DNA of 32,000 nucleotides, from the NCBI RefSeq assembly GCF_000247565.1, contig NC_016893.1, positions 180,001-212,000 on the forward strand, given 5' to 3'. Within the stretch, counting starts at the first letter, position 1, and every line of letters begins with the position of its first letter. The position numbers were made by a program, and so were the translations under genes. Shown here piece after piece: positions 8,962 to 20,194 of the stretch. The notes beneath the pieces are model-generated. The model was given only the letters and a program-made list of their open reading frames with translations, did not search any database and was not told the origin of the DNA. Source of the DNA: Wigglesworthia glossinidia endosymbiont of Glossina morsitans morsitans (Yale colony). GTDB taxonomy: Bacteria; Pseudomonadota; Gammaproteobacteria; Enterobacterales; Enterobacteriaceae.

Positions 8962-10044
8962 TTACAAATTTTTAGATTTTTTTCTAACATATTTTTCTAT
9001 TGTATCAATTATTTTTGAATTTTTAATTTTTGTTTTTTTTCTCACTCCATTTTCATATAGAATGCTTTTATTACGATATCCTGAAATTCCAATGTCTGAT
9101 TTTTCAGCTTCTCCGATTCCATTAACCATACAACCAATAATAGATACATCCATAGGAGTTGTAATGTCTTCTAATCTACTTTCCAAAGTATTAATTACTT
9201 TAATAACGTCAAATTCTTGACGTGAACAAGTGGGGCATGCTATAAAATTAATACCTCGTTTTCTGATGTTTAAAGCTTGTAAAATATGAAATCCTACTTT
9301 AATCTCATTAACAGGATCTGCAGCTAAAGAAACACGTAAAGTATCTCCTATACCGCTAAATAATAACAAACCAATTCCTATTGCCGATTTGACTGTGCCA
9401 TTTGTTAGACTGCCAGATTCTGTTATACCTAAATGCAATGGTTGTTCGATAGCAGATGCTAACAATTGATATGCCGAAATACAAGTTAATACATCTGAGG
9501 ATTTTACGCTGACTTTAAAATTATTGAAATCTAATTTTTCTAAAATGTTTACATGACGCATTGCAGACTCAAACAAAGCATGCGGATTTTTTATTCCATA
9601 TTTTTCTTGAATATCTTTTTCTAGTGAACCTGAATTTACACCAATACGAATAGGTATTTTTTTTTCTTTAGCAATATGGATTACAGATTGAATACGTTTT
9701 AAATTTCCAATGTTGCCTGGATTAATGCGTAAGCAATCCGCACCATATTCAGCTGATTTTAATGCAATTCGATAATCAAAATGTATGTCTGCTACTATTG
9801 GAGCTGTAACTTTTTGTTTGATTTTTTTAAATGCTTCTGCTGCTTCTAATGTAGGCACAGACACACGAATTATTTCTGCTCCAGCTTGTTGTAATTTATT
9901 AATTTGCTTGATAGTAGCTTTTACATTTGTTGTACAAGTATTTGTCATAGATTGTACAGAAATTGGAGCATCTCCTCCTATTGGAATATTTTTAATATAA
10001 ATTTTTTTTGATTTTCTACGTTTAATAGATATGGTTTGATTCAT
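8962..10044 (-). CDS. ispG: 4-hydroxy-3-methylbut-2-en-1-yl diphosphate synthase (flavodoxin)
   Basis: 360-aa ORF, highly similar to E. coli IspG. Conserved blocks are [52 protein letters not shown] and [16 protein letters not shown]. Confidence 0.97.
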   Translation of the reverse strand: MNQTISIKRRKSKKIYIKNIPIGGDAPISVQSMTNTCTTNVKATIKQINKLQQAGAEIIRVSVPTLEAAEAFKKIKQKVTAPIVADIHFDYRIALKSAEYGADCLRINPGNIGNLKRIQSVIHIAKEKKIPIRIGVNSGSLEKDIQEKYGIKNPHALFESAMRHVNILEKLDFNNFKVSVKSSDVLTCISAYQLLASAIEQPLHLGITESGSLTNGTVKSAIGIGLLLFSGIGDTLRVSLAADPVNEIKVGFHILQALNIRKRGINFIACPTCSRQEFDVIKVINTLESRLEDITTPMDVSIIGCMVNGIGEAEKSDIGISGYRNKSILYENGVRKKTKIKNSKIIDTIEKYVRKKSKNL

Positions 10045-10111
10045 ATTAGTTCCATTATTATATAATATGCTAATAAAATAAATATATTATAATTAATTAA
10101 TTGTGTAATAT

Positions 10112-10609
10112 TTAATTTTTATCATTAACTTTTTTAAAATCTCTTTTTATTTTTTTTTCAACTTGTAAAGTTTTAATATTTAAAATATCTTGATAATTAA
10201 TACGATAACTTTGCCACCACCAGGTGCCTATAAGTATAACGATAATAAAAATAGCAAGCCATGTAATTTTAACGAGCCATATATCTTTTTTTTTATATTG
10301 CTTTAATGATTTAATTTGACTAGTAGCTTTTATTCTAGGAAAGGAACTTTGCATTTTATTATTTATTAATGAAAGTTCTGTTTTAGGTAATTTTACTAAA
10401 TTTGCATATGCTCGAATATATCCGTATAGAAACGTTTGTGATACGTGAGGATGTTCTGCATCGTTTTCTATGTTATCTATTATTGATACTTTTAAACGTA
10501 AAATTTTAGCAATTTCTTTTTGACTTAATCCCAAATTTTCACGTGCTTTTTTTAAAGATTTTCCGATAGTATTAGAAGTTATTTGATTTTTTTTTTCTCC
10601 AATATTCAT
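10112..10609 (-). CDS. rodZ: cytoskeleton protein RodZ, truncated form (HTH + TM, almost no periplasmic domain)
   Basis: 165-aa ORF with an N-terminal XRE-type HTH (GKSLKKARENLGLSQKEIAKILRLKVSIIDNIEND) followed by GYIRAYANLV, as in E. coli RodZ. It has one TM segment (IWLVKITWLAIFIIVILIGTWWW). Synteny between rlmN and ispG supports the call. Confidence 0.85.
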   Translation of the reverse strand: MNIGEKKNQITSNTIGKSLKKARENLGLSQKEIAKILRLKVSIIDNIENDAEHPHVSQTFLYGYIRAYANLVKLPKTELSLINNKMQSSFPRIKATSQIKSLKQYKKKDIWLVKITWLAIFIIVILIGTWWWQSYRINYQDILNIKTLQVEKKIKRDFKKVNDKN

Positions 10610-10697
10610 TTTTTTAATAGAATTTTTTTATTTTCAATTATGTTCAAAATTTAATTTTGAAAGTGAGTATTATAATTGCAACTTTATATTGTAATCT

Positions 10698-11789
10698 TTA
10701 AGGCATTTTATGCAACATGTTTGTTCTTTTATACATACGATTAGCTACAATTCCTGATAGTTGTCCGCAAGCCGCATTAATTGAATCGCCTCTTTGTTTT
10801 CTAATAGTAGTAATTATTCCGTTTTTTTTTAAAATTTGTGAAAATTTCTTTATTTGATTTTTATTACTAGGTTTATATTGAGATTTAGGAATACAATTCC
10901 ATGGGATTAAGTTTACCTTACATGGAAAATTTTTTAGGCAATTTTTTAATTGATATGCATGATTATCAGAGTCATTAACTTTATTTAGCATAACATATTC
11001 TATAGAAATTTTTCCTTGATTAGCTTTAGATACAGAGATATATTTTTTTGCAGCTGATAGTAACGAACAAATATTATACTTGCGATTAATAGGCATTATT
11101 TGATTTCTTAAAATATCATTTGGAGCATGTAAAGAAATTGCTAATTTTACGTCTAATACTTTTCCAAGATTTTGAATAATATGAGATATACCTGCGGTAG
11201 ATATCGTAATACGTCTTTTAGATAAATTAAAACCGTGATTATCTAAAATTATATTTATTGTAGAAATTAATTGTTTTAAATTTAACAAAGGTTCTCCCAT
11301 GCCCATAAAAACAATATTTGTAATTTTTTTTAATGTATAATTTTTTGTATGGACAATTTTCATTGCATTCCAAATTTGTCCAATCATTTCAGAAGAATCT
11401 AAATTTCTATTAAATCCTTGCATTGCTGTTGCGCAAAAAGTGCAATTTAAAGCGCATCCTATTTGGCAAGATATGCATAAAGTAGCTCGATTTTTTTCTG
11501 GAATATATACAATTTCAATATTTTGATTAGATATCTGCAATATCCATTTGATTGTACCATCCTGTGAAATATATTCAGATATTATTTTTGGTATTTTAAT
11601 TTCTGATTGTATTAATAGTTTATTACGTAAATTTTTATTAAAATTGAAAATATTATTTATGTTATCACAATAATTTTGATACACTGCTTGCATAAATTGA
11701 TTAGCACGAAACTTTTTTTCTCCTAAATTTAAAAAAAATTCCTGTAATTGTAATTTCGTCATTCCAAATAAATTTATTTTTTTGTTCAT
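10698..11789 (-). CDS. rlmN: 23S rRNA/tRNA adenine-C2 methyltransferase RlmN (radical SAM)
   Basis: 363-aa ORF with the radical-SAM cluster motif CALNCTFCAT. The MGMGEPLLN and ACGQL blocks are conserved. Synteny after ndk supports the call. Confidence 0.95.
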   Translation of the reverse strand: MNKKINLFGMTKLQLQEFFLNLGEKKFRANQFMQAVYQNYCDNINNIFNFNKNLRNKLLIQSEIKIPKIISEYISQDGTIKWILQISNQNIEIVYIPEKNRATLCISCQIGCALNCTFCATAMQGFNRNLDSSEMIGQIWNAMKIVHTKNYTLKKITNIVFMGMGEPLLNLKQLISTINIILDNHGFNLSKRRITISTAGISHIIQNLGKVLDVKLAISLHAPNDILRNQIMPINRKYNICSLLSAAKKYISVSKANQGKISIEYVMLNKVNDSDNHAYQLKNCLKNFPCKVNLIPWNCIPKSQYKPSNKNQIKKFSQILKKNGIITTIRKQRGDSINAACGQLSGIVANRMYKRTNMLHKMP

Positions 11790-11872
11790 TTTTAATTAAC
11801 TTGTTTAATAAAAAATCTACTTTTAAAAATTGTTTGATTGTATTTATTATCATATTAAAATTTCTTGATGCT

Positions 11873-12301
11873 TTATATACGAGAAAAAATTTCTTTTGTT
11901 TTGAAAAAAAAATTTATTTCTTTTTTAGCTGATATTATAGAATCAGAACCATGTATACTATTTTCAACAATACTGTCAGAATAATCTGATCTTAATGTTC
12001 CAGATAAAGCGAGTTTTGGATTTGTATTTCCCATAATTTCTCTATTTCTTTGAACTGCATTATATCCTTCTAGTACTTGTACTATAATAGGACTCGAACT
12101 AATAAAGTGTATTAAATCTTCGAAAAATGATTTATTTTTATGCTCTATATAAAAAGATACTGCTTTTTCCCAATTTAATTTAATCATTTTAGACGCAACA
12201 ATAAATAGCCCTGCTTTTTCTAAACGGCTTATGATAGAACCAATAGAATTTTTAATTATAACATTTGGTTTAATTATTGATAAAGTTTGTTCAATTTGCA
12301 T
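11873..12301 (-). CDS. ndk: nucleoside diphosphate kinase
   Basis: 142-aa ORF. TLSIIKPNVI..., EGYNAVQRNREIMGNTNP and the active-site NSIHGSDS are colinear with E. coli Ndk. A Shine-Dalgarno AGGAA lies upstream. Confidence 0.96.
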   Translation of the reverse strand: MQIEQTLSIIKPNVIIKNSIGSIISRLEKAGLFIVASKMIKLNWEKAVSFYIEHKNKSFFEDLIHFISSSPIIVQVLEGYNAVQRNREIMGNTNPKLALSGTLRSDYSDSIVENSIHGSDSIISAKKEINFFFKTKEIFSRI

Positions 12302-12457
12302 AAAAAATTCCTAAAGTAATTAATTAAATTTACTAATTTAATTTTAAAATATATTTATGTAATTTACTTTATAAAATATTTTCTAAAACTTTCTTGAATG
12401 AACTTATTTAAAATATTAAAAATATATTTATTTTATTTTCAATAAAATTTTATAAAA

Positions 12458-12826
12458 TTATGTATTTTTTTTATAATCGTTTAAAGCTATATATGCCATA
12501 TATGCACTATCTCCCTTTCTGTATCCATTTTTTAATATTCTTAGATATCCTCCTTTTACTTTAATAAAACGAGGCCCTATAGTATTAAATAATTTTGAAA
12601 CAATTTCATTATTTCTAATTTTTGAAAATGCTCCCCTCCGATTCGATAAGGTATCTATTTTTGATAATGTAATTAGAGGTTCAAGAATCTTACGTAGTTC
12701 TTTAGCTTTTGGTAATGTAGTATAAATTATTTCATGACGTATTAATGAAATTATCATATTTCTAAACATAGATTTTCTATGACTAGAATCACGATTTAAG
12801 TGTCTACCTGAATATTTATGACGCAT
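12458..12826 (-). CDS. rplQ: 50S ribosomal protein L17
   Basis: 122-aa ORF starting [24 protein letters not shown], matching the E. coli L17 N-terminus. It is the last gene of the alpha operon, after rpoA. Confidence 0.97.
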   Translation of the reverse strand: MRHKYSGRHLNRDSSHRKSMFRNMIISLIRHEIIYTTLPKAKELRKILEPLITLSKIDTLSNRRGAFSKIRNNEIVSKLFNTIGPRFIKVKGGYLRILKNGYRKGDSAYMAYIALNDYKKNT

Positions 12827-12854
12827 AATTCACCTTAAACAATTTTTTAGAATA

Positions 12855-13835
12855 TTAAGAAATACTATCTGGAGGCCAATTATCAAGACGCATACCAAGA
12901 GTTAAATTACGAGTTGCTAGAACATCTTTAATTTCTGTAAGAGATTTTTTTCCTAAATTAGGTGTTTTTAATAACTCGACTTCGGTTCTTTGTACTAAAT
13001 CTCCGATGTAATGAATAGATTCCGCTTTAAGACAATTTGCAGATCTTACTGTTAATTCTAAATCGTCTACTGGTCTAAGCAAGATAGGATCAAATTCTGG
13101 TTTTTCTTCTTTTATCTCTGGTTGACGAACATCTCTAAGATCAATAAAAGCTTCTAATTGTTCTGATAAAATAGTTGCTGCACGACGAATCGCAGACTCT
13201 GGATCAATAGTGCCGTTTGTTTCCATATCTATAATTAATTTATCTAAATCTGTACGTTGTTCTACTCGAGCGGCTTGCACATTATATGAAATCCTTTCTA
13301 CTGGACTATAGCATGCATCTAATAATAATCTTCCAATAGGACGATCTTCTACGTGCATACGAGAAACTGCTGGTACATATCCACGACCTCTTTGTACTTT
13401 TATACGCATACTAATTGATGAATTTTCATGCGTTAAATGACATATAATATGTTCTGGACGACATATTTCGATGCTTCCATCGTTTATAATATCTGAAGCA
13501 GTCACTTTGCCGATACCAGATTTAGATAACGATAAAATTGCACTATCTTTGTTACTTTGTATAATGACTGCAAGTTCTTTCAGGTTTAATAATACTTCTA
13601 GTATATCTTCTTTAATTCCTTCTTTAATACTATATTCGTGCAATATTCCATCGATTTCTACTTCTGTAACTGCATATCCTGGCATTGAAGACAATAAAAT
13701 TCGGCGCAGAGCATTTCCTAATGTATGTCCAAAACCACGCTCCAAAGGTTCCAACGTTATTCTGGCATGTGTTCTACTAATTTGTTCAATGTCAACTAGT
13801 CTGGGTTTAAGAAATTCTGTTATAGAATTCTGCAT
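12855..13835 (-). CDS. rpoA: DNA-directed RNA polymerase subunit alpha
   Basis: 326-aa ORF, very similar to E. coli RpoA throughout ([18 protein letters not shown]..., [19 protein letters not shown]-terminal domain [14 protein letters not shown]). Confidence 0.98.
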   Translation of the reverse strand: MQNSITEFLKPRLVDIEQISRTHARITLEPLERGFGHTLGNALRRILLSSMPGYAVTEVEIDGILHEYSIKEGIKEDILEVLLNLKELAVIIQSNKDSAILSLSKSGIGKVTASDIINDGSIEICRPEHIICHLTHENSSISMRIKVQRGRGYVPAVSRMHVEDRPIGRLLLDACYSPVERISYNVQAARVEQRTDLDKLIIDMETNGTIDPESAIRRAATILSEQLEAFIDLRDVRQPEIKEEKPEFDPILLRPVDDLELTVRSANCLKAESIHYIGDLVQRTEVELLKTPNLGKKSLTEIKDVLATRNLTLGMRLDNWPPDSIS

Positions 13836-13862
13836 ATTACAATCTCTCTAATATCAAAATTG

Positions 13863-14483
13863 TTATTTTGAATAAAGTTCAACAATTAAATGTTCATTGA
13901 TTTCTGAAGATAACTCTGAACGTTCAGGAAATTTTTTTAATATTCCTTGCATTTTAATTAAGTCAACTTCGATCCAAGATTGTTTTTCTCGTTGTTCCGA
14001 TATTTCTATTGATGCTTGTATACGAGATTGTTTTTTAGAATTAGGATGTATTTGAACAACATCATTGATTTTGAGTTGATACGATGGTATATTGATAATT
14101 TTTTTATTTACTGTAATTGATTTGTGTACTATTAATTGTCGAGATTCTGCTCGAGTTGTTCCAAATCCAATTCTATATACTATATTATCTAATCTATTTT
14201 CTAATATTTTTAATAAATTTTCTCCGGTGTTCCCTTTCATTCTGGAAGCTTTTTTATAGTATCTTTTAAATTGTTTTTCTAATATTCCATATAATCTACG
14301 TACTTTTTGTTTTTCTCTTAATTGTATTCCGTAATCAGATAATCTTGGTTTTTTTATCCCGTGTTGTCCGGGCAATTGATCGATTTTGCATTTTGTTTCT
14401 ATTACCCGAATTCCAGATTTAAAAAATAAATCCGTACCTTCTCTGCGACTTAATTTAAGCATAGGTCCTAAATATCTGGCCAT
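13863..14483 (-). CDS. rpsD: 30S ribosomal protein S4
   Basis: 206-aa ORF starting [20 protein letters not shown], like E. coli S4. Operon position supports the call. Confidence 0.97.
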   Translation of the reverse strand: MARYLGPMLKLSRREGTDLFFKSGIRVIETKCKIDQLPGQHGIKKPRLSDYGIQLREKQKVRRLYGILEKQFKRYYKKASRMKGNTGENLLKILENRLDNIVYRIGFGTTRAESRQLIVHKSITVNKKIINIPSYQLKINDVVQIHPNSKKQSRIQASIEISEQREKQSWIEVDLIKMQGILKKFPERSELSSEINEHLIVELYSK

Positions 14484-14519
14484 TTATTTGTTTATAACCT
14501 GTATTGAAAAAGTTGAAAA

Positions 14520-14915
14520 TTAAACACGACGTTTTTTTGGCGGACGACATCCGTTATGAGGAATCGGTGTAACATCTGTAATATTAGTAATTCGAAATCC
14601 AGCAGCATTTAAAGCGCGTATTGTAGATTCACGTCCTGGACCTGGTCCTTTAACCATAATTTCTAAATTTTTTATGCCATATTCTTTTGCTATTTCAGAA
14701 CATTTTTCTGCGGCAACTTGTGCGGCAAATGGTGTAGATTTTCTAGATCCACGAAATCCAGATCCTCCAGATGTAGCCCATCCTAATGTATTTCCTTGTC
14801 GATCAGTAATTGTGACAATTGTATTGTTAAAAGATGCATGAATATGCGCTATTCCGTCTAAAATTTGTTTTTTGTTCTTTTTTTTTGCAAATTTAGCGCT
14901 TATTTGTTTAGACAT
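14520..14915 (-). CDS. rpsK: 30S ribosomal protein S11
   Basis: 131-aa [25 protein letters not shown]...[10 protein letters not shown] is nearly identical to E. coli S11. Confidence 0.98.
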   Translation of the reverse strand: MSKQISAKFAKKKNKKQILDGIAHIHASFNNTIVTITDRQGNTLGWATSGGSGFRGSRKSTPFAAQVAAEKCSEIAKEYGIKNLEIMVKGPGPGRESTIRALNAAGFRITNITDVTPIPHNGCRPPKKRRV

Positions 14916-14932
14916 TTTTTTATAATTCCGAA

Positions 14933-15289
14933 TTATTTTTTAATTGCTTTTCTAGGTCCTTTTCTGGTACGTGCATTAGTTTTCGTTCGCTGACCACGTA
15001 CTGGAAGATTTTTTTTATGCCTTAATCCTCGATAAGTTCCGAGATCTATCAGTCTTTTTATATTTAAAGTAACTTCTCTACGTAAATCTCCTTCGATTTT
15101 AAGTTTTGATATTTCTGTACGAATTGATTCTAATTCTAAATTACTTAAAGAATTTACTTTTGTGTTTAATTTTATTCCTGTTTTTTTGCATATTTTTTTC
15201 GAAAGAATATTTCCTATTCCGTAAATATTTTTTAACGCAATTACTATTTGTTGTTTTTCTGGAATGTTTATTCCTGCTATACGTACCAA
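14933..15289 (-). CDS. rpsM: 30S ribosomal protein S13 (TTG start)
   Basis: 118-aa ORF with (M)VRIAGINIP and C-terminal [17 protein letters not shown], matching E. coli S13. The start codon is TTG at 15289..15287, with AGGAA 7 nt upstream. Confidence 0.97.
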   Translation of the reverse strand: MVRIAGINIPEKQQIVIALKNIYGIGNILSKKICKKTGIKLNTKVNSLSNLELESIRTEISKLKIEGDLRREVTLNIKRLIDLGTYRGLRHKKNLPVRGQRTKTNARTRKGPRKAIKK

Positions 15290-15389
15290 TACTGTATTCC
15301 TATACTTGAATGGTTAAAAATTAAATTTATAGACGAGTTTTAATTGTACTAAAAATTAATCTTTTAATCTATAAAATTTATTCATAAAT

Positions 15390-15506
15390 TTATCCTTGAC
15401 GCTGTTTATGTTTTGCGTCAGATATGCATAATACTCGAACTACTCTTTTACGTTTAACAATTTTACAATTACGACAAAACTTTTTTACAGAAGCGCGTAC
15501 TTTCAT
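15390..15506 (-). CDS. rpmJ: 50S ribosomal protein L36
   Basis: Not in the ORF track because it is too short. Hand translation of the minus strand from ATG 15506 gives [38 protein letters not shown] followed by TAA. That is 38 aa, colinear with E. coli L36, and it lies between secY and rpsM. Confidence 0.93.
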   Translation of the reverse strand: MKVRASVKKFCRNCKIVKRKRVVRVLCISDAKHKQRQG

Positions 15507-15518
15507 AAAATCCTCAGA

Positions 15519-16877
15519 TCATTTAGTAAAATTTTTAAGATTTGCTTTTTTTAATACTGAACTATATTGGCTAGACATAATTAAAGTTTGTACTTGTGTC
15601 ATAAATTCTATAATAACAACTACTACTATTAGTAATGATGTTCCTCCGAAATGAAATGGAGCCTGTACAAATACTCTAAAAAATTCTGGCATTAAACAAA
15701 TTAATGTTATATAAGTAGATCCTATTAAAGTGAGACGCATCATAATTTTATTAATATATTGTGCTGTTTTAACGCCAGGACGAATTCCGGAAATAAATGC
15801 TCCGGATTTTTTTAGATTATCTGCAGTATCTTTTGAATTAAAAACTAATGAAGTATAAAAAAAACAAAAAAATATAATAGCGCATGCATATATAATAGAA
15901 TATGATAAATGTCCTGGTTCTAAATATGCTGCAAGAGATGTTAACCAAGACCATCCAATTCCTCCTCCGAACCACGATGCTATAGTAGCTGGAAACAAGA
16001 TTAAACTAGAAGCAAAAATTGCTGGTATTACCCCTGACATATTGATTTTTAATGGCAAATGTGTGATGTGTGCAGCGTAAATTTTTCTTCCTTTTTGTCG
16101 CATAGCATAATTCACTGTAATTTTACGTTGTCCACGTTCAATGAACACAACAAAAAAAGTAATTATAAAAATTAATGTCATAGATACTAAAATAGTTAAA
16201 ATTTTTAAATCTCCTTGTCTTGCTTTTTCAATAGATTGAATTATGTCTATTGGTAATCCAGCAACAATGCCTGAAAAAATAAGTAACGAAATTCCATTTC
16301 CTATTCCACGTGAAGTAATTTGTTCGCCTAACCACATTAAAAAAATCGTACCAGATACTAAACTGGTAATAGTAGTAATATAAAATTCTAAGCCTTTTTG
16401 TATCACTAATTCTTGCATACCAGGCATATTTGGTAGTCCAATTGCAATGCTCATAGATTGTATGATAGCTAATATCAATGTACTATACCTTGTATATTCA
16501 TTAATTTTACGTCTTCCAAATTCTCCATCTTTTTTTATTTCAGATAATTTTGGATGTATTATCGTTAACAATTGTATAATAATTGAAGCTGAAATATGCG
16601 GCATGATACCTAAGGCAAAAATTGAAGCACGACTTAATGCTCCACCGGAAAACATGTTAAATAATTCAATAATTGTGCCTTTTTGTTGTTCAATTAAATT
16701 TGAAAGTATATTTGTATCGATTCCTGGAATTGGAATAAATGAACCAATACGGAATATAATTAATGCAAAAATTACAAAAATTAATCTATTTTTTAACTCA
16801 AATAAATTATTTTTATTTTTTTTTATATTAAATTGAGATTTTTTTTTATAATTTAGTAAATTATTCAATTTTCCCAC
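15519..16877 (-). CDS. secY: protein translocase subunit SecY
   Basis: 452-aa ORF, highly similar to E. coli SecY ([64 protein letters not shown]). The annotated start is GTG 16877, which overlaps rplO by 17 nt. A TTG at 16868, preceded by GGTGGG, is an alternative start. Confidence 0.95.
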   Translation of the reverse strand: MGKLNNLLNYKKKSQFNIKKNKNNLFELKNRLIFVIFALIIFRIGSFIPIPGIDTNILSNLIEQQKGTIIELFNMFSGGALSRASIFALGIMPHISASIIIQLLTIIHPKLSEIKKDGEFGRRKINEYTRYSTLILAIIQSMSIAIGLPNMPGMQELVIQKGLEFYITTITSLVSGTIFLMWLGEQITSRGIGNGISLLIFSGIVAGLPIDIIQSIEKARQGDLKILTILVSMTLIFIITFFVVFIERGQRKITVNYAMRQKGRKIYAAHITHLPLKINMSGVIPAIFASSLILFPATIASWFGGGIGWSWLTSLAAYLEPGHLSYSIIYACAIIFFCFFYTSLVFNSKDTADNLKKSGAFISGIRPGVKTAQYINKIMMRLTLIGSTYITLICLMPEFFRVFVQAPFHFGGTSLLIVVVVIIEFMTQVQTLIMSSQYSSVLKKANLKNFTK

Positions 16878-17295
16878 CCGCTAATTCAATTGCACGTTTA
16901 GCGCCTTTACTTGCATATAAATTTTTTACTTTTATTTTTTTATTAAAATTTCTAGAAAAAATTAGTTTTGCTTTTTTAATTTTTAAACTAACAATTTTAC
17001 GTTTTTTTAATAATTTCAGATCTATGATAGTATCTTGAATTTTTTTTAATTGAGATAAGGGTACTTCTTTAATTAAAAGTGATTTGCGAGATATCGTATG
17101 TCCAAATTTTGGTAAACGTCTATATAAAGGCATTTGCCCCCCTTCAAAACCTCTTCGCACTTTACCTCCAGATCGAGATTTTTGACCTTTATGGCCGCGC
17201 CCTCCTGTTTTTCCTGTTCCTGACCCAATTCCTCTGCCTTTACGTTTTTTAACACGTTTGGAATTTGGTGATGGTGAAATAGTATTTAAGTACAC
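16861..17295 (-). CDS. rplO: 50S ribosomal protein L15 (GTG start)
   Basis: 144-aa ORF. (M)YLNTISP...[25 protein letters not shown]...[17 protein letters not shown] matches E. coli L15. The start codon is GTG. Confidence 0.97.
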   Translation of the reverse strand: MYLNTISPSPNSKRVKKRKGRGIGSGTGKTGGRGHKGQKSRSGGKVRRGFEGGQMPLYRRLPKFGHTISRKSLLIKEVPLSQLKKIQDTIIDLKLLKKRKIVSLKIKKAKLIFSRNFNKKIKVKNLYASKGAKRAIELAGGKIE

Positions 17296-17297
17296 TT

Positions 17298-17477
17298 TTA
17301 TTCCTCTATTTTGAGCAAATAAGAAATGGAATGTATCATTCCTAGCAATCTTTTAGATTTTTTTCTCTCTACGGTATGTCCAATATGACGCAAACCGATT
17401 CCTATAAGAGTAGATTTATGTTTTTTTGAACAACTAATTACGCTTTTAGTTTGAGTAATTTTGATAAATTTTGTCAT
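17298..17477 (-). CDS. rpmD: 50S ribosomal protein L30
   Basis: Not in the ORF track. Hand translation from ATG 17477 gives [59 protein letters not shown] followed by TAA. That is 59 aa, colinear with E. coli L30 ([40 protein letters not shown]...). Its start overlaps the rpsE stop in an ATGA. Confidence 0.92.
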   Translation of the reverse strand: MTKFIKITQTKSVISCSKKHKSTLIGIGLRHIGHTVERKKSKRLLGMIHSISYLLKIEE

Positions 17478-17986
17478 TGAAAATTTTTTCCTAATATTTC
17501 TTCAATAGATTTACCGCGTTTTTCAGCAATATATTTAGGAAATTTCATACTTTTTAATGCATTAATAGTAGCTCGTACAACATTAATAGGATTTGTAGAT
17601 CCATAAACTTTTGCTAATACATTATGTATTCCTGAAACTTCTAAAACTGCTCGCATTGCACCCCCAGCAATAATACCTGTTCCTTCTGATGCTGGTTTCA
17701 TAAATACACGTGATCCTGTGTATATTCCTTGAATTTCATGATGCAAAGTTTTAAAAATGATTGGAATTTTTATCATGTTTTTTTTAGCTTTATCCATTGC
17801 TTTTTGAATAGCAGATGGAACTTCTTTGGATTTTCCATAACCAAATCCAATACGTCCTTGGCAATCTCCTACCACAGTAAGTGCAGTAAAACTAAAAATT
17901 CTTCCTCCTTTTACTGTTTTAGAAACACGATTAACAGAAATTAATTTTTCTTGTAATTCTCCGGAATGTTTTTCGATTTTAGCCAT
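17474..17986 (-). CDS. rpsE: 30S ribosomal protein S5
   Basis: 170-aa [34 protein letters not shown] and [16 protein letters not shown] are conserved with E. coli S5. Confidence 0.97.
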   Translation of the reverse strand: MAKIEKHSGELQEKLISVNRVSKTVKGGRIFSFTALTVVGDCQGRIGFGYGKSKEVPSAIQKAMDKAKKNMIKIPIIFKTLHHEIQGIYTGSRVFMKPASEGTGIIAGGAMRAVLEVSGIHNVLAKVYGSTNPINVVRATINALKSMKFPKYIAEKRGKSIEEILGKNFQ

Positions 17987-18002
17987 ATCAACCTTCTTAA
18001 TA

Positions 18003-18356
18003 TTAAAAATTTAGTCCAAATTTTCTAGCTGCTTCCGCTAAAGCTTTAACACGACCATGATATTTAAATCCAGAACGATCAAATGCTATTTTTGTAATAT
18101 TTTTATTTAAAGCACGTTCTGCAATTTTTTTACCAATTATTTCAGCAGCTTTTTTATTTCCTGAATTTTTCAATATGCTCATAATTTTTTTCTCTAAAGT
18201 TGAAGCGCTTGCTAATACATACGAACAATCAGGAGATATAATTTGCGCATAAATATGTTTAGAAGTACGATGTATTAAAAGTTTTGATATATTTAATGTT
18301 CTAATTTTTTTACGTGTTTTTGTCGCTCTTTTAATGCGCGCTATTTTTTTTTTCAT
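18003..18356 (-). CDS. rplR: 50S ribosomal protein L18
   Basis: 117-aa [18 protein letters not shown]...[26 protein letters not shown] matches E. coli L18. Confidence 0.97.
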   Translation of the reverse strand: MKKKIARIKRATKTRKKIRTLNISKLLIHRTSKHIYAQIISPDCSYVLASASTLEKKIMSILKNSGNKKAAEIIGKKIAERALNKNITKIAFDRSGFKYHGRVKALAEAARKFGLNF

Positions 18357-18357
18357 A

Positions 18358-18897
18358 TTATTTATTTTTTTTAGTTTCTTTTATTTTGAGAATTTCATAT
18401 GAATATCGAATACCTTTTCCTTTATATGGATCTGGGATTTTATAATTTCTAATATTTGCAGCAAATTGTCCCATTTTTTGCTTGTCAATACTAGTTAAAA
18501 TAATTTCATTTGAACTTGTGCATTTTACAGAAATATTTTCTGGTATATTCACATTGATTATATGAGAAAATCCTAAAGACATAACTAGTTGATTATTAGT
18601 AATATTTGCACGATATCCTATTCCTGAAATGATTAATGTTTTGGTAAATTTTTGAGTTACTCCTATAATCATATTATTTATTATTGATCGCATGGTTCCG
18701 GTCAAAATCCATAAAAAATTAGAGTTTAATTGTTTCGGAGCCAATTTAATTGTATTATTAATTTTTGATATATGAACTCCTGAATGCAATTTTTGATTTA
18801 ATTCTCCATGTATTCCACTAATTGTGATATTTTTTTTTAATATATTAACATTAACTTTTTCTGGAATTAAAATTGGCATTTTAGCTATACGAAACAT
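18358..18897 (-). CDS. rplF: 50S ribosomal protein L6
   Basis: 179-aa ORF with the L6 pattern (SRIAK-like start [25 protein letters not shown]). Operon position supports the call. Confidence 0.95.
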   Translation of the reverse strand: MFRIAKMPILIPEKVNVNILKKNITISGIHGELNQKLHSGVHISKINNTIKLAPKQLNSNFLWILTGTMRSIINNMIIGVTQKFTKTLIISGIGYRANITNNQLVMSLGFSHIINVNIPENISVKCTSSNEIILTSIDKQKMGQFAANIRNYKIPDPYKGKGIRYSYEILKIKETKKNK

Positions 18898-18910
18898 TTT
18901 TTCTCCGTAT

Positions 18911-19303
18911 TTATTCTACATAACAGATAATTTCTCCGCCCAGATTAAGATTTCGTGCAGCTTTATCAGTCATGATCCCTTTAGAAGTAGAAATAATAGC
19001 AATTCCCATGCCTGATTTTACTTGCGGCAAAGATTTTTTATTTTTATAAATTCTTAATCCTGGAGAACTAATTCTTTTAATTTTTTCTATTACTGGAGTT
19101 CCTTTAAAATATTTAAGTACTAATTTTAATATAGGTTTTATTTCATTTTTTATTTCATATGATTCTATAAATCCTTCATTTTTTAATACATTAGCAATTG
19201 ATATTTTTGAATTAGAAGATGGCATATAAATAAATTTTTTTTTTGAAATTTGTCCATTTCTAATACGAGTAAGCATATCTGCAATTGGATCTTGTAAACT
19301 CAT
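18911..19303 (-). CDS. rpsH: 30S ribosomal protein S8
   Basis: 130-aa [21 protein letters not shown]...GGEIICYVE is almost identical in pattern to E. coli S8. Confidence 0.97.
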   Translation of the reverse strand: MSLQDPIADMLTRIRNGQISKKKFIYMPSSNSKISIANVLKNEGFIESYEIKNEIKPILKLVLKYFKGTPVIEKIKRISSPGLRIYKNKKSLPQVKSGMGIAIISTSKGIMTDKAARNLNLGGEIICYVE

Positions 19304-19326
19304 AATACTCTCCGATAATTATTTAA

Positions 19327-19632
19327 TTACCAACTCGCTTTACGTAATCCGGGAATTTCTCCTCTCATCGCAGATTCTCTTAGCTTGATTCGACTAAGTC
19401 CAAATTTTCTTAAAAATGCATGTGGTCGAGCAGTTTGACTGCATCGATTTCTTTGACGACATGGACTGGAGTCTCTTGGTAAAGATTGTAATTGTAAAAT
19501 TGCTTTCCATCTGATATCGTTAGATAAATTTTTATCTGTAATAATTTTTTTTAATTTTTTTCTTTTCTTAAAAAAAATATTCGCTAACTTTATTCTTTTT
19601 TTTTCACGTTCTTGTACGGATTTTTTTGTCAC
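19327..19632 (-). CDS. rpsN: 30S ribosomal protein S14
   Basis: [51 protein letters not shown] matches E. coli S14. I place the start at GTG 19632, giving 101 aa as in E. coli, preceded by GAGAGGTG with a 5-nt spacer. The ORF-track start ATG 19647, which forms an ATGA overlap with the rplE stop, is the alternative. Confidence 0.9.
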   Translation of the reverse strand: MTKKSVQEREKKRIKLANIFFKKRKKLKKIITDKNLSNDIRWKAILQLQSLPRDSSPCRQRNRCSQTARPHAFLRKFGLSRIKLRESAMRGEIPGLRKASW

Positions 19633-19643
19633 GTATACACCTC

Positions 19644-20180
19644 TCATTTACTAAATGGAAAAGTAAAGGAAGATAGTAACATATAGCCTTCTTTTTTTGA
19701 TTTTGCAGAAGTAGTAATTGTTATATCTAATCCTCGAATTCTATCAATTTTGTCATAATCTATTTCTGGAAAAATAATTTGCTCTTTAATTCCTATACTA
19801 TAATTTCCAAATTGATCGAAAGATCTTATAGGAAATCCTCGAAAGTCTCGAATTCTTGGTATAGCAATACAAACTAGTTTTTGAAAAAAATTCCACATAT
19901 GTGCGTTTCGTAATGTTACTTTACATCCTACCGGATGACCTTGACGAATTTTAAAACTAGCTAAAGATTTTTTTGCTTTTGTAATATATGGTTTTTGTCC
20001 AGAAATTAATGTTAAATCATTTACTGCATTTTCTAAAAGTTTTTTATCAGAAATAGCTTGACCTACTCCCATATTTAATGTAATTTTAATAATTTTTGGC
20101 ACTTGCATGATAGACTTGTAATTTAATTTATCTTTTAATTTAAATAATATATGATCTTTATAATATTGCTTAAATTGCAT
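19644..20180 (-). CDS. rplE: 50S ribosomal protein L5
   Basis: 178-aa ORF with [21 protein letters not shown] and [23 protein letters not shown], as in E. coli L5. Confidence 0.97.
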   Translation of the reverse strand: MQFKQYYKDHILFKLKDKLNYKSIMQVPKIIKITLNMGVGQAISDKKLLENAVNDLTLISGQKPYITKAKKSLASFKIRQGHPVGCKVTLRNAHMWNFFQKLVCIAIPRIRDFRGFPIRSFDQFGNYSIGIKEQIIFPEIDYDKIDRIRGLDITITTSAKSKKEGYMLLSSFTFPFSK

Positions 20181-20194
20181 GGTATAAAAATTCC

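Noticed and set aside
12322-12343. 9-bp inverted repeat aattaaatt-tact-aatttaatt between rplQ and ndk
   Set aside because: The stem is all A-T and no U tract follows on the transcribed strand. It lies immediately upstream of the ndk Shine-Dalgarno. It is indistinguishable from chance in this composition.
17073-17255. 60-aa minus-strand ORF in an alternative frame within rplO
   Set aside because: It is fully nested in the conserved L15 frame. It arises from the unusually GC-richer, stop-poor stretch that encodes the Gly/Arg-rich L15 N-terminus.
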